From the NCBI GenBank assembly GCA_041737125.1, contig JBGSSJ010000014.1:68375-132374 (forward strand): 64,000 nt of DNA, given 5' to 3'. Made by a program: the position numbers and the translations under genes. The DNA comes from Minisyncoccia bacterium (GTDB taxonomy: Bacteria; Patescibacteriota; Minisyncoccia; Phycocordibacterales; UBA9973). This document shows, one piece after another, positions 45,847 through 56,645 of the stretch. The number at the start of each line of letters is the position of its first letter. The first letter of the stretch is position 1. The notes beneath the pieces were generated by a model that was not told the DNA's origin, did not search any database, and worked only from the letters and a program-made list of their open reading frames with translations.

Positions 45847-47319
45847 ATGGCACACGGCGAAGTAGTAATACGTTTCGAGAACGTATCATTTGAATATGGA
45901 CACAATAAACACATTCTAGATAATGTGGATTTTTCTATTCGTCGTGGTATGAAGGTGACTATCATGGGGCAGAATGGTGCAGGGAAGAGTACAATCTTCT
46001 CTCTTATTACCGGCGCGAATACTCCTGAAGATGGCCAAGTGCACCTCGCTCAGAGGACTACTATCGCACACTCTCGCCAAGTCATCCCTCGCGATGAACT
46101 CGACCTCACAGTCCGCGCATTCTTCGAGAAATGCTTCAAAGAGAAAGTTTACGACATAGATCCACGTATTGATGAAGTGCTCGAAGTTGTGAACCTAAAA
46201 GGCCACGAAAAGGTCCATGACCGCATAGTGAAGTCTTTCTCTGGTGGCCAGCAAGCACGCCTACTCCTCGCATCTGCACTTATCCAAGCACCAGACATAC
46301 TACTACTCGATGAGCCGACGAATAATCTCGACAAAGCAGGTATTGCACACTTAACAGACTTCCTCGTTAAATACAAGAAGACCGTTCTAGTCATTTCTCA
46401 CGATGCGCATTTCTTAAATGCATTTACTGACGCCGTGCTGTATCTCGATGTATACACAAGGAAGATCGAGCAATACGTCGGGAACTATACAGATGTACGC
46501 GATCAGATAGCCGCTCGTATGGAGCGCGAGAATAGGAAGAATGCACTCCTATCGAAAGAAATTCAAGCGAAGAAAGATCAAGCGAATGCTTTCGCGATGA
46601 AAGGAGGTAATCTCCGTGCAGTAGCGAAAAGAATGCGCGACCTAGCCGAAGAACTCGAAGAAGAGAAGGTGGACGTAAGGAAAGAAGACAAAACTATTAA
46701 AAATTTTATTATTCCTGCACAGCCCGACCAGATAGGTGACATAGTAGTGCTCACTTCTGTAGGGATATTAAAAAACGGCAAACCAAAGAAAGTGAAAGTA
46801 AATATAAAGCTCAGGAAGAACAAGCACTTACTACTCTCAGGTCCAAACGGCATAGGGAAGAGTACATTACTCGAAGCTCTCGCAAGTGGGAAGGCTGAAG
46901 GTGCAGACATTACAGCTGGGGTCCGAGTCGGCTACTATAGGCAGGATTTCTCGACGCTTAATTTCAATGACACTGTCTATGAATCACTTGCTGATGTATC
47001 TCGCAAAGTCACAGGTAGAGTAGACGAAGAGAAGATCCGTGCAGTAGCCGCAGGATTCCTGATAGTAGGGGATATGGTTCATACGAAAATAGGAAGCCTA
47101 TCCGAAGGGCAGAAGGGCTTGGTGGCATTCGCACGACTAGTACTCGAAGCACCCGGATTACTCATACTCGATGAGCCGACGAATCATATAAACTTCCGTC
47201 ACTTACCAGTGATAGCTAAAGCTCTCGACTCCTACATGGGTGCGATGATCCTAGTATCGCACGTGCCAGAATTCGTAGAACAGATTCGCATAGATGAGAC
47301 ACTCGATCTCGATAAATAA
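45847..47319 (+). CDS. ABC-F family ATPase (two tandem ABC domains, no TM domain)
   Basis: Two Walker A motifs (GQNGAGKST; GPNGIGKST), two ABC signatures (FSGGQQARL; LSEGQKGL), and a charged inter-domain linker. Confidence 0.85.
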   Translation: MAHGEVVIRFENVSFEYGHNKHILDNVDFSIRRGMKVTIMGQNGAGKSTIFSLITGANTPEDGQVHLAQRTTIAHSRQVIPRDELDLTVRAFFEKCFKEKVYDIDPRIDEVLEVVNLKGHEKVHDRIVKSFSGGQQARLLLASALIQAPDILLLDEPTNNLDKAGIAHLTDFLVKYKKTVLVISHDAHFLNAFTDAVLYLDVYTRKIEQYVGNYTDVRDQIAARMERENRKNALLSKEIQAKKDQANAFAMKGGNLRAVAKRMRDLAEELEEEKVDVRKEDKTIKNFIIPAQPDQIGDIVVLTSVGILKNGKPKKVKVNIKLRKNKHLLLSGPNGIGKSTLLEALASGKAEGADITAGVRVGYYRQDFSTLNFNDTVYESLADVSRKVTGRVDEEKIRAVAAGFLIVGDMVHTKIGSLSEGQKGLVAFARLVLEAPGLLILDEPTNHINFRHLPVIAKALDSYMGAMILVSHVPEFVEQIRIDETLDLDK

Positions 47320-47830
47320 AAATATGAAAAAAATTGTCGTAAACGATGCATTCCAGAAGAATTATTCTTACACACTTTCCGAACCTATGGGGAAGAATTT
47401 CGATAAGGAATTTAAGCCTGACTTAACTCCGAAGCAAATGCTTGGGCTTGGTGTGTTTGGTGGTGTATATTTCCATGATGAACCGAAAGAGATACCAAAG
47501 GCGTGGTTTAAAAAAGCGAAGCAGTCGCCCGATGGCAAACAGCATAAAGAATTAAATTACTTTGGAGTGCTCGCAAGTCAACCCCTCTCTGTCTGGCAGA
47601 AGAAAGGATGGATATACAAAGATGATCCACGTGGATGGTTCCAGTGGTATGTGCGATATTATCTAGGTAGGAGAATAAAGGAAGAAGATGCTCGCCAAAT
47701 AAAAAGATGGAAAGCTATAAGTAGGCATGTAGCTCAAGTAGCAAAGAATTGTAGAGTAGGGGACATTAATTGCCGTCCACGCCAACGCCAAGCCCTCCTC
47801 CATTGGGCTTATGATAGTAGGAAGATATAG
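47294..47830 (+). CDS. hypothetical protein
   Basis: ORF only (likely start at MKKIVVND). Confidence 0.35.
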   Translation: MRHSISINKNMKKIVVNDAFQKNYSYTLSEPMGKNFDKEFKPDLTPKQMLGLGVFGGVYFHDEPKEIPKAWFKKAKQSPDGKQHKELNYFGVLASQPLSVWQKKGWIYKDDPRGWFQWYVRYYLGRRIKEEDARQIKRWKAISRHVAQVAKNCRVGDINCRPRQRQALLHWAYDSRKI

Positions 47831-49882
47831 TTATTTATTACCTTTTGCTAAGCCATCTTGGTACATTTTTGTATCGGCTGATCTACTGTAACGAGGTCCT
47901 ACGTGTTCTGGTAGTTTTTCAAGACCTGTAATACTAATACTAGTATTATTTTTTAATTTTTTTTCATAAGTATTTACTAACGCATATTCCTGAGTTGCTA
48001 TCTCTTCTTTTAATAGATCTATATTTTTGTTTTTATTATTACCAAGGGTGTTAATAATTCCTTGTATCTTTATTTTATTTTCTCTATAATTTTTGTTTAG
48101 GGCTGTCATTGCTTTTTGTAATGCTGTTTTGTCTTCTTGATATCTTGTATTTAGTTTTTGAATTTCCATAATTAAGACATCTCTATTTAAACTCTCTTCT
48201 CCTGTTTGCACTTCATCAGGTGTGCTAATTTTTTTAGCAGAAATTTTTTCTTTTAAAGATTCTTCAATTACCTTATATTCTTTATCTAATTTTTCAATCT
48301 TTTGTTCCAAATTTTCCTTATTTATTTTGTATGATGAATCGTATGCTGCAATTTTTTCATTTAGATTTTTTTCTATATTTTTCTCATCTTCAATATAACT
48401 TTTTAATTCAGATATATATTTTTTTGTATCCTCTACATTTGCTGTTAATCTCGTTATGTTTTCCTTAAGCTTTTCTTGATAATAAGTATCAAAGATTGTT
48501 CTTATATCTTCAAGAGATAATACTTTGATACCTTCTTTTGTTCTCATTCTTATTTCAAAATTTATATTTTGTTCTCTTGCTATTGATTCTAAACGAGTAA
48601 GATTATCATTTGTTACATTCTGCAATTCTTCATCAGTTTGCCATATCATTAAGTTGTTTTCATTTGATTTGAAGCTAAATTCGTTCTTCTCGGACAAAAC
48701 TTTAATCGCAATATCAATAGCGTATTCTTTACCATCTCTAGAAGATTTTAGTTCAAGAATCTTCTGTGCTGCTTCTTTAGAATTTTTCACCGTAAATCTA
48801 CCTTCAATTGTAGAAGCAAATCCTATTATTTCGAAAGGCTTTTCTTGGTTTAAACTCTCTATCTCTTTTGCAACAGCCTGTCTGTCATTATTCATAGAAC
48901 TACTGAGGTCCAAAAGCAATTTTACATTCTGGGCTTTCTCTAAGCTTGTAGAATCTTTTACTTCCGGAGTTTTCTGGTTGGGGATAGCAAGCTCGAGCGT
49001 GACAAAGCGCATGTTCTTATAAGCTTCTAAAAGCTTGGATTCATTACCTGGTTTATTTAATTCTGCCCATTGTTCAGTGCTATAATTTAGTTGATGATAA
49101 TCAATTACTCCACCAGGTGGTATATCTACTCCTATGTTTTGCAATTTCTCTTTAACACTTTTTAGTTTTTCTTGAGTTAAATTACTATTTTCTATATTAT
49201 AACTTTTTATTATTCCCATAGCCTCCTTCGCGCGAGCTTCTGCTAGTCCAACGTTTCCATTCTCGTATGAATTAGTCGGTCTTGGGTCACAACTTACACG
49301 CAAAGTAACTTCTTTTTTTAAGAATTCATCTACATTACTCATATCTAAATTATCTGTATATTGGGATATAAGTCTAAGCATTTCTTTTGCATCCTCGGGT
49401 GAGATGTTTGCTTTATCTGTCTCGAAATAATTTGCTAGTTTTATCTGTACTCTGTCTGCTGTTTTAACAACCTCAGCTTTTAATTTATTTATATCATCCC
49501 TGTTTTCTACTTTATTTTTCTCTTTACCTGTAAAAGTCTCGTCGGCTGTGGCTCCTTTAGCAAGGTTGGGGAATAGACTGGAAATTAATACACTAGCAGC
49601 AACTGACATGTTAGTAAATTTTTTAAAAAGTTTTGCCACTTTGCCAGTCTCTGATTTTACACCTGGAGTTTTTGCTTTTTCAATATTGGTATTTACTATA
49701 ACAGGCTCATCAGGAGGATATTTTTCAATTACGCCTTGTTTTGCTATAGCAATTGCTTGTTCTTTTTCTAATTTACTTAAAACAGCCTCAGGTTTTGCTC
49801 CAGATTCATTTTTTTTAGGAGATTCTTTGTTTCTAGCAACTTTATTTTCTCCATGCTCTAAATTTTTTTTCTTTTCTATCAT
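47831..49882 (-). CDS. large coiled-coil protein with a vWA-like domain, hypothetical
   Basis: DxSxS-like MIDAS motif LLLDLSSSM and an extensive Lys/Glu-rich coiled-coil C-terminal half. Confidence 0.45.
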   Translation of the reverse strand: MIEKKKNLEHGENKVARNKESPKKNESGAKPEAVLSKLEKEQAIAIAKQGVIEKYPPDEPVIVNTNIEKAKTPGVKSETGKVAKLFKKFTNMSVAASVLISSLFPNLAKGATADETFTGKEKNKVENRDDINKLKAEVVKTADRVQIKLANYFETDKANISPEDAKEMLRLISQYTDNLDMSNVDEFLKKEVTLRVSCDPRPTNSYENGNVGLAEARAKEAMGIIKSYNIENSNLTQEKLKSVKEKLQNIGVDIPPGGVIDYHQLNYSTEQWAELNKPGNESKLLEAYKNMRFVTLELAIPNQKTPEVKDSTSLEKAQNVKLLLDLSSSMNNDRQAVAKEIESLNQEKPFEIIGFASTIEGRFTVKNSKEAAQKILELKSSRDGKEYAIDIAIKVLSEKNEFSFKSNENNLMIWQTDEELQNVTNDNLTRLESIAREQNINFEIRMRTKEGIKVLSLEDIRTIFDTYYQEKLKENITRLTANVEDTKKYISELKSYIEDEKNIEKNLNEKIAAYDSSYKINKENLEQKIEKLDKEYKVIEESLKEKISAKKISTPDEVQTGEESLNRDVLIMEIQKLNTRYQEDKTALQKAMTALNKNYRENKIKIQGIINTLGNNKNKNIDLLKEEIATQEYALVNTYEKKLKNNTSISITGLEKLPEHVGPRYSRSADTKMYQDGLAKGNK

Positions 49883-50104
49883 TTATTTTTCAGGTTCCTT
49901 ATAAAACACTGATTTTATTTTTTCTAAGTCGTCTGCCTCTGGAAGAGGATTTTCGTAATATATATCAGAATCTTTGAGTGGTTCAGGAATCTCTGCTGGG
50001 GCACTTTGTGATACGTATTCATTATTACCACCATTCTTTCTATCTTCTGGTGATATTTTTTTTTCTGGGCCACTTGTATTAAAAAAATTCTCAAATATAG
50101 ACAT
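49883..50104 (-). CDS. hypothetical small protein
   Basis: ORF only. Confidence 0.2.
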   Translation of the reverse strand: MSIFENFFNTSGPEKKISPEDRKNGGNNEYVSQSAPAEIPEPLKDSDIYYENPLPEADDLEKIKSVFYKEPEK

Positions 50105-50188
50105 ATTATTATAAGATTATATTGTAATGTGCATATTATATCACGCTATTATTAGCTTGGCTAGTAAGGTGTATGATATAATCTCTAC

Positions 50189-50803
50189 ATGAAAGACGAG
50201 AAGAAACATTTAAAAAGAGAGAAGAACATCCTCTATACCGGCTTTGGCGATAAAGGTACGACTACTCTTTATGGCAAGAACAGGGAGCGCGTATCGAAAA
50301 GCTCACATATTATAGAGGCCCTGGGCTCCGTAGATGAACTAAATGCATATCTGGGTGTAGTTAAGGTTTATTCAGAGAAAGATAATCTCTCCATAAAGAT
50401 AGGATCTAAAAAAGTTATGTATACGAGTATTATAGGTGACATACAGCAAGTGCTATTCATCGTGCAAGCCGAGCTTGCAGGTTCTGATATGACAGTAGGT
50501 AAAGCGCCACTAAATGATATAGAGAAAGTTATCGAGAGTATAAGCGACTTACTACCTCCGATCACTTCATTCACTATCTCAGGTGGGACTATTGCCGGGG
50601 CGAAGCTCGATGTCGCTCGCACACTTGCACGAAGAGCCGAGCGTAGAATAGTATCTGTTCTTGAAGATAAGATAAGGATAATGGGTGAGGGGACTATTGC
50701 ATACCTCAATCGTTTATCAAGTGTATTATTTGCATTATCTAGATATGCGAACCATTTATCATCTGTTACTGAAGAGCATCCAACTTATTTAAAGAAAAAA
50801 TAA
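50189..50803 (+). CDS. ATP:cob(I)alamin adenosyltransferase, PduO-type
   Basis: ILYTGFGDKGTTTL N-terminal motif and overall PduO-type fold signature. Confidence 0.7.
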   Translation: MKDEKKHLKREKNILYTGFGDKGTTTLYGKNRERVSKSSHIIEALGSVDELNAYLGVVKVYSEKDNLSIKIGSKKVMYTSIIGDIQQVLFIVQAELAGSDMTVGKAPLNDIEKVIESISDLLPPITSFTISGGTIAGAKLDVARTLARRAERRIVSVLEDKIRIMGEGTIAYLNRLSSVLFALSRYANHLSSVTEEHPTYLKKK

Positions 50804-50804
50804 T

Positions 50805-51728
50805 ATGAAAATTTTCAAAAATATAAACGGTCCACTGCTTATTATTATTGCTGCGACCCTGTGGGCTCTTGATGGGGTAATCCGAAGGAATCTCTACAGT
50901 CTGCCACCTATCACTATTATATTCTTCGAACATATTATAGGGCTTGCTATACTTCTACCTTTTGTAATTAAAAGTCTGAAAATTGAACGACCGAGCAAGC
51001 GTGAAATGTGGCTACTACTTCTCATTGCCGTACTAAGCGGACTACTTGGTACGCTATGGTTTACAACAGCATTACTCAAAGTGCATTTCATATCATTCTC
51101 CGTCGTCTTCCTCATACAGAAGCTCCAGCCAATATTCGCTATAACTACAGCTTCTATATTCCTCAAAGAGAAGCTAGATCGGCGCTATATAAAGTGGGCA
51201 GTGCTCGCACTCATTGGTGCATTCTTCGTGACATTCCCGAACGGTCAGGTGAACTTATCTACAGGAGAGGGTACAATCATCGCTGCTCTCTACGCGCTAG
51301 GGGCTGCATTTGCTTGGGGGTCTTCTACTACATTTTCTAAAATGGTGCTTACGAAGCTATCCTACAAAGTCAGCACTTTCTACCGCTTCCTCTTCACTAG
51401 TATCATCGCGTTCATCATCATAATGGTCCTGGGTTATAGTCCGTCACTATCTCTGCCGACGATGCCACAGCTAGGATTGTTCTTCGTCATTGCTTTATCG
51501 ACGGGGCTTGTGGCACTTATGATATACTACAGAGGACTTTCGAAAACTTCAGTTCATGTCGCTACAATTCTTGAGCTTATGTTCCCACTCATCGCAATCA
51601 TCATAGATATGACTATCTATGACACCACACTTTCATTCTCACAATACCTTGCAACTTGTGTATTATTAATATCTATTTATAAAATCTCTAAATTAAAGTC
51701 CGATGATATTCGTTTCCAAGCAAATTAA
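50805..51728 (+). CDS. EamA/DMT-family transporter
   Basis: Ten TM helices arranged as duplicated EamA halves. Confidence 0.7.
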   Translation: MKIFKNINGPLLIIIAATLWALDGVIRRNLYSLPPITIIFFEHIIGLAILLPFVIKSLKIERPSKREMWLLLLIAVLSGLLGTLWFTTALLKVHFISFSVVFLIQKLQPIFAITTASIFLKEKLDRRYIKWAVLALIGAFFVTFPNGQVNLSTGEGTIIAALYALGAAFAWGSSTTFSKMVLTKLSYKVSTFYRFLFTSIIAFIIIMVLGYSPSLSLPTMPQLGLFFVIALSTGLVALMIYYRGLSKTSVHVATILELMFPLIAIIIDMTIYDTTLSFSQYLATCVLLISIYKISKLKSDDIRFQAN

Positions 51729-52077
51729 AGGCAAAGGCAGGGGAGTCAAAATCGGCTTTCCTACTATTAACATGCGCATACCCGATGACTTTATACTTGA
51801 TGAAGGTATCTATTCTGCATGGGTAGCAATTCACAATAAGACATACAAAGGCGCCCTTCACTATGGACCAGTACCGACTTTCGGTGAGAAAGAGGTGAAC
51901 TTGGAAGTTTTCTTGATTGATGTCACAAGTAGTGACTTCCCAGATATAGACAAGGATACGGATATAGAGGTAGATATTGTTTCTTTTGTTCGTGATGTGA
52001 AGAAGTTCACAAATGTAGAAGATCTCACTATACAGATAGATTATGATGTGAATAATATTCGTAGCATTCTAAGCTAA
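51703..52077 (+). CDS. riboflavin kinase domain protein
   Basis: GKGRGVKIGFPTINM motif, matching the RibF C-terminal GxGRG..GFPTAN. Confidence 0.6.
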   Translation: MIFVSKQIKGKGRGVKIGFPTINMRIPDDFILDEGIYSAWVAIHNKTYKGALHYGPVPTFGEKEVNLEVFLIDVTSSDFPDIDKDTDIEVDIVSFVRDVKKFTNVEDLTIQIDYDVNNIRSILS

Positions 52078-53724
52078 TTACTTATTACACCCTTCGTCCA
52101 CCGGTACTTTCACGAAAGTGAATAATTGTTTACACAAATCTTGTATCGTATCTTTCCTTTTATACACATGATCTTCCCCAACGTATGCCACTAGTTCTAC
52201 CTTTTTCTTTTCTTCTTTTAATTTGTCATACATGAGTGTCGCTTGAGTGTAAGGGATAGTCCTATCTGAGACGCCTGAGATAATAGAGATCCTCTGCTTC
52301 TTTATATTGTCTACTTTGTCTAATATTGAGGCTTTCTTGTATAAATCTTTGTTAGCTTCATTTGGTGCACCATTAAAATGCACGTTGAATATTGAAGTTT
52401 GCATATCATTTAGTAATTTCTCCCAATCAGTGACACCATTTATAGATACAACTCCAGCAAATGCACTCGGATGCTCAACTAGTGCTCGGAGTGCCATGTA
52501 CCCACCATAGCTATTACCCATGAGGTATACATCAGTTACTCCGTACTTATTCTTTGTATAAGTGATAGCTGTCATGATATCTTCTGTATCTCCTATACCA
52601 ACTGTATTCTTGATACCTTCAGAATATGTACGACCGAAGCCAAAGCTTCCTCTGTAGTCGAGTTTGAGAACCATCACATCATTCTTCCGGAGTAATTCTA
52701 GGATAGAATCATAAGTACCATAACTATGAAATGGGTGATAGCCGTAGCTCGTCTGCCTATATGGTCCACCGTGTAGCCATATGACGAGTGGGTAGCTTCG
52801 AGCAAAAGTATCAGGATCGGGCTTCATGATCACTCCTTTGATTGTGTCATGTTTTATAATTTCTTGCTTTAGGATATTTGTATTTTGTTTTATGTAGGGA
52901 GTTTGGAATTGTTTGATAGCTTTCGTCTTTACATTGTATGCTTTCGGACTATAGCCATCCTCTTGGAGGTGATTGTATATAATATTGGAACCAATTTTTA
53001 CCAATGGATCACTATAAGACACCATTGTGTCTAGTACTGTCTCTTCCTTTCTACTTAAATCATAACGATAAAGCGACCACATGTAAGGATTACTCTTATC
53101 ATTACCGATATAGTATATAGTGTCGTTATCAGTAAAAATGAAGTCGTCTACTTGTAATGCACTAGTATTTATCTTCGTACTGTTCCAGCCTTCAGTTTTC
53201 AATCTAGTAGTATCTACGATGTATAGAGCAAAGGCTCCATCTGTATCATCTGTATAAATGAGTTTCTTGTCATTGGGGGAGAATGCATAGACTCTTGCTT
53301 GCTCGGAAACTAGATCCCAGTAAGTGGAAGTTTTAGTTTGGGTATATTCCTTCTTTGTCTTTACATCTTTTATACCGAAAGTACGAGTATCTCTACCTTC
53401 TTTATTCCTTATATAGTATGCGACCCATTTGGAAGTATTAGAGAGAGTGAGGTGGTTCGCTCCTTTATTATAGAGCTCACGTCGTAATGTGGTAGAGATG
53501 GATGAAGGTTTGCTTTTGCTTATCGTCTCTTTGGTCGTCTTTGTACATACGAAAGTATTTACATTACATAGATATCTCTCTTTGGCTTCTATCTTGTTGT
53601 ATTCTACTAATATGTGGGTATTATTTTTGTCTATTATCGTGCTGTAATTTATATCTAGAGCTTCGCTTTTGTTATATACAAAAAGTATGAGGGCTATTAT
53701 AAGTAGGTATTTGTATTTAATCAT
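52078..53724 (-). CDS. S9-family serine peptidase (prolyl oligopeptidase / dipeptidyl-peptidase-like) with N-terminal beta-propeller
   Basis: Nucleophile elbow LMGNSYGGYMA with downstream Asp/His; signal peptide. Confidence 0.8.
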   Translation of the reverse strand: MIKYKYLLIIALILFVYNKSEALDINYSTIIDKNNTHILVEYNKIEAKERYLCNVNTFVCTKTTKETISKSKPSSISTTLRRELYNKGANHLTLSNTSKWVAYYIRNKEGRDTRTFGIKDVKTKKEYTQTKTSTYWDLVSEQARVYAFSPNDKKLIYTDDTDGAFALYIVDTTRLKTEGWNSTKINTSALQVDDFIFTDNDTIYYIGNDKSNPYMWSLYRYDLSRKEETVLDTMVSYSDPLVKIGSNIIYNHLQEDGYSPKAYNVKTKAIKQFQTPYIKQNTNILKQEIIKHDTIKGVIMKPDPDTFARSYPLVIWLHGGPYRQTSYGYHPFHSYGTYDSILELLRKNDVMVLKLDYRGSFGFGRTYSEGIKNTVGIGDTEDIMTAITYTKNKYGVTDVYLMGNSYGGYMALRALVEHPSAFAGVVSINGVTDWEKLLNDMQTSIFNVHFNGAPNEANKDLYKKASILDKVDNIKKQRISIISGVSDRTIPYTQATLMYDKLKEEKKKVELVAYVGEDHVYKRKDTIQDLCKQLFTFVKVPVDEGCNK

Positions 53725-53746
53725 ATATACATAGTATTATATATGC

Positions 53747-54373
53747 ATGGATAATCAAAGCTTGAGGGACAAAGAATTAGTATTAGTTCAAATACTTTAT
53801 ATATTCATATTACCAATACTACTTCTGTACTATGGTGTCATCTCAGGTGATTATCGTATTGTATTACTCGTTAGTGTAACTGCACTGCTATTCGGCATCA
53901 TTCACCATGCACATTGGACCCATCAAGATTTGGGAATAAAGAAAGATTTTCTGAAAGATTTGATTCCGTACACCCTATTCACTATTGTAGGTGTTGTGTT
54001 TATCCTTTACTTGGGCAGTATTCTACCTACAAGTAGACCGATAGAACAATATAAATGGTGGGAAGATGTGCGATTCCTTTTACTATTTATTCCTATTAGT
54101 GTATTGCAAGAAGTTATCTTCCGTGGAGTGCTCATGCACATGCTACTTCGTGCTTTCCATAACATACCTTTTATTATTATCGTGAATGCTTCTCTTTTTG
54201 CTCTTATACATATTATATACCTCAATGTAAACATTGTATTACCAATTACATTTATTGGGGGGATAGGATTCGCTCTTATGTATTACAAATATCCGAACTT
54301 AATAATGATTTCTATCTCACACACCATATTGAATTTCACTGCAATGATACTAGGCTTCTTCGTCTTGCGTTAA
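53747..54373 (+). CDS. CPBP-family (CAAX protease-like) intramembrane metalloprotease
   Basis: EEVIFRGVLMHML motif and a second conserved His in a TM helix. Confidence 0.7.
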   Translation: MDNQSLRDKELVLVQILYIFILPILLLYYGVISGDYRIVLLVSVTALLFGIIHHAHWTHQDLGIKKDFLKDLIPYTLFTIVGVVFILYLGSILPTSRPIEQYKWWEDVRFLLLFIPISVLQEVIFRGVLMHMLLRAFHNIPFIIIVNASLFALIHIIYLNVNIVLPITFIGGIGFALMYYKYPNLIMISISHTILNFTAMILGFFVLR

Positions 54374-54441
54374 TATATTTATATTGACAACTTTTTCTAA
54401 ATTTTTAAAATTAATATGTTATCATAAGTTATAGATAAAAT

Positions 54442-55767
54442 ATGCAAAATTTCAATATAAACACATATAAAATAAAGAAAATATTTAGAAGTGCAATATT
54501 TCGTATTGCCCTGGTCAGTTTCATAACCATTATACTTACTTTAGGAATTATTTTCTCCATAGCTTGGCATTATCGAGAACAAGTTTTCGATGTTCTAGCT
54601 GTGCAATACAATAATAAATATAAGCCTGCTCCCCAAACTTTCGTCCTCGATGAAAAGGATGAGTTAGTAGTGGCAGATGAATCAATTATGGCAACTGATA
54701 TTCCAGTAGAAGAGGACACAGTAGTAGGCGCAGTGAAGAAAGCAAAGCCAGCGGTAGTATCTATTGTAGTAAGTAAAGAAATTCCTAAATACGAAATAGC
54801 GTACGAACAGAGGAATGCGACGAATCCATTTGGGGTGCCTATCCCTGATCTTTTCTTGCAGGTTCCGGTACAGAAGCAAGTGGGTACAGAGAGGAAGCAA
54901 ATAGGTAGTGGTTCCGGCTTTTTCATATCTTCCTCTGGCACTATTATTACAAACCGTCATGTGGTCAGTGATAAGACTGCTATATATGAAGTCCAGCTAA
55001 ATAACGGGAAGAAGTATGATGCAGAAGTGCTTGCTCGTGATGGAGTGCTCGATGTAGCTATGATGAAAATTAAAGGCTCCAACTTCCCATATCTAGAATT
55101 GGGTGATTCTGATACTCTCGATGTAGGTGAGAGTGTGATAGCGATAGGTAACTCGCTTGGAGAATTTAAGAACACAGTATCGGTTGGTGTAGTATCGGGG
55201 CTTTCTCGCTCGGTCACTGCGTCGGATAATTCTGGCCAAGTCGAAAGATTAGATAAAGTCATACAAACAGATGCAGCTATTAACCCAGGGAATTCCGGGG
55301 GACCTTTACTTAACCTGAAGGGCCAAGTGATAGGTATCAATGTGGCTATCATTAGAGGGTCTTCAAATGTAGGCTTCGCCTTACCAGTGAATAATGTGAA
55401 GAGTATTATTGATTCCGTAAATAAGACAGGGAAGATAGTGAGGCCTTATGTGGGAGTAAGATATGTAAATGTAACACCGGCACTTAAGACTAAGAATAAT
55501 TTATCTGTTGACTATGGTGTATTAATACAAAGAGGTGAGAATCCGGCTGATATAGCCATAGTTCCTGGTTCACCTGCTGTTAATGCAGGTATTGTGGAAG
55601 GGGATATAATACTTGCGATAGATGGAGTAAAAATTGATGAAGATAACAACTTCACCTCAGTAATTCGTTCGAAGAAAGTAGGTAATACAATAAAAGTTAA
55701 ATTATTATCAAATGGAGTGGAGAGGACCGTGTCTGTAAAGCTCGCCCAAGCCCCAGAAGATCTGTAG
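54442..55767 (+). CDS. HtrA/DegP-family serine protease with PDZ domain
   Basis: GNSGGPLLNLKGQVIGIN and a C-terminal PDZ-like domain. Confidence 0.85.
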   Translation: MQNFNINTYKIKKIFRSAIFRIALVSFITIILTLGIIFSIAWHYREQVFDVLAVQYNNKYKPAPQTFVLDEKDELVVADESIMATDIPVEEDTVVGAVKKAKPAVVSIVVSKEIPKYEIAYEQRNATNPFGVPIPDLFLQVPVQKQVGTERKQIGSGSGFFISSSGTIITNRHVVSDKTAIYEVQLNNGKKYDAEVLARDGVLDVAMMKIKGSNFPYLELGDSDTLDVGESVIAIGNSLGEFKNTVSVGVVSGLSRSVTASDNSGQVERLDKVIQTDAAINPGNSGGPLLNLKGQVIGINVAIIRGSSNVGFALPVNNVKSIIDSVNKTGKIVRPYVGVRYVNVTPALKTKNNLSVDYGVLIQRGENPADIAIVPGSPAVNAGIVEGDIILAIDGVKIDEDNNFTSVIRSKKVGNTIKVKLLSNGVERTVSVKLAQAPEDL

Positions 55768-55802
55768 TTTGATTATTCATAATAAAGGCATATAATAGTT
55801 CC

Positions 55803-56294
55803 ATGGTAGATCAAGATTCACATAAAAGACCTTCTTGGGATGAATACTTTCTTCAGATGGCTGAAATGATTGGTTCGCGTGGTACTTGTGACCGTGGACA
55901 CGCGGGCGCTGTTATTGTAAAAGATAAAAGAATCCTTTGCACAGGTTATGTGGGTGCTCCGGTAGGTCTTGCTCATTGTGATGATGTCGGCCATGAAATG
56001 CATACTGTTAAGCAAGAAGATGGCACTGAATCTCGCCACTGTATACGCACTGCACACGCAGAACAAAATGCTATAAATAATGCCGCTCGTGTCGGTGTTG
56101 CCGTGGAAGGCGGAACTATGTATTGCAAAATGATACCGTGTTATAAATGTGCGCAGAGTGTTTTAAATTCTGGTATAGTTAGAGTTGTGGCATTGAAAGA
56201 TTATCACGGAGCAGGTAGAACTAAAGAAATATTCAAAGAAGCAGGAATAGAATATGAAATTTTAGGAGAAATGGAAGTTTATAAAGATATGTAA
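55803..56294 (+). CDS. dCMP deaminase (cytidine/deoxycytidylate deaminase family)
   Basis: HAEQNAI and PCYKCAQ zinc-binding motifs. Confidence 0.8.
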   Translation: MVDQDSHKRPSWDEYFLQMAEMIGSRGTCDRGHAGAVIVKDKRILCTGYVGAPVGLAHCDDVGHEMHTVKQEDGTESRHCIRTAHAEQNAINNAARVGVAVEGGTMYCKMIPCYKCAQSVLNSGIVRVVALKDYHGAGRTKEIFKEAGIEYEILGEMEVYKDM

Positions 56295-56299
56295 ATATT

Positions 56300-56629
56300 A
56301 TGGTAGATCTCAAAGAACTTCAAAAAGAAGTAATGCGTAATAAAATAGAAAAAGGTTTTAATACTACAGACGTAGCGTTAGAATTTTGTCGTGCACATGA
56401 AGAACTTTCTGAAGCCTTTTCAAAACACAATAAGAATCAAGATGGTGTAGCAGAAGAGTTCGCAGATGTGGCTATATTCCTACTCGGCATGTGTGAGATA
56501 CTTGGTTATGATTTAGAAAAAGAGTTAGTAAGTAAAATGGAAACAAATAAAAATCGTAAATATAAGAAGCTTAAATCTCCAGATGGTAAAGACATTTTTA
56601 TAAGAGAAAAGACAGACATAGACCCATAA
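56300..56629 (+). CDS. MazG-like nucleotide pyrophosphohydrolase
   Basis: EExSE...EEFADVAIFLLG pattern. Confidence 0.55.
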   Translation: MVDLKELQKEVMRNKIEKGFNTTDVALEFCRAHEELSEAFSKHNKNQDGVAEEFADVAIFLLGMCEILGYDLEKELVSKMETNKNRKYKKLKSPDGKDIFIREKTDIDP

Positions 56630-56645
56630 AAAAACTGCTTAATAA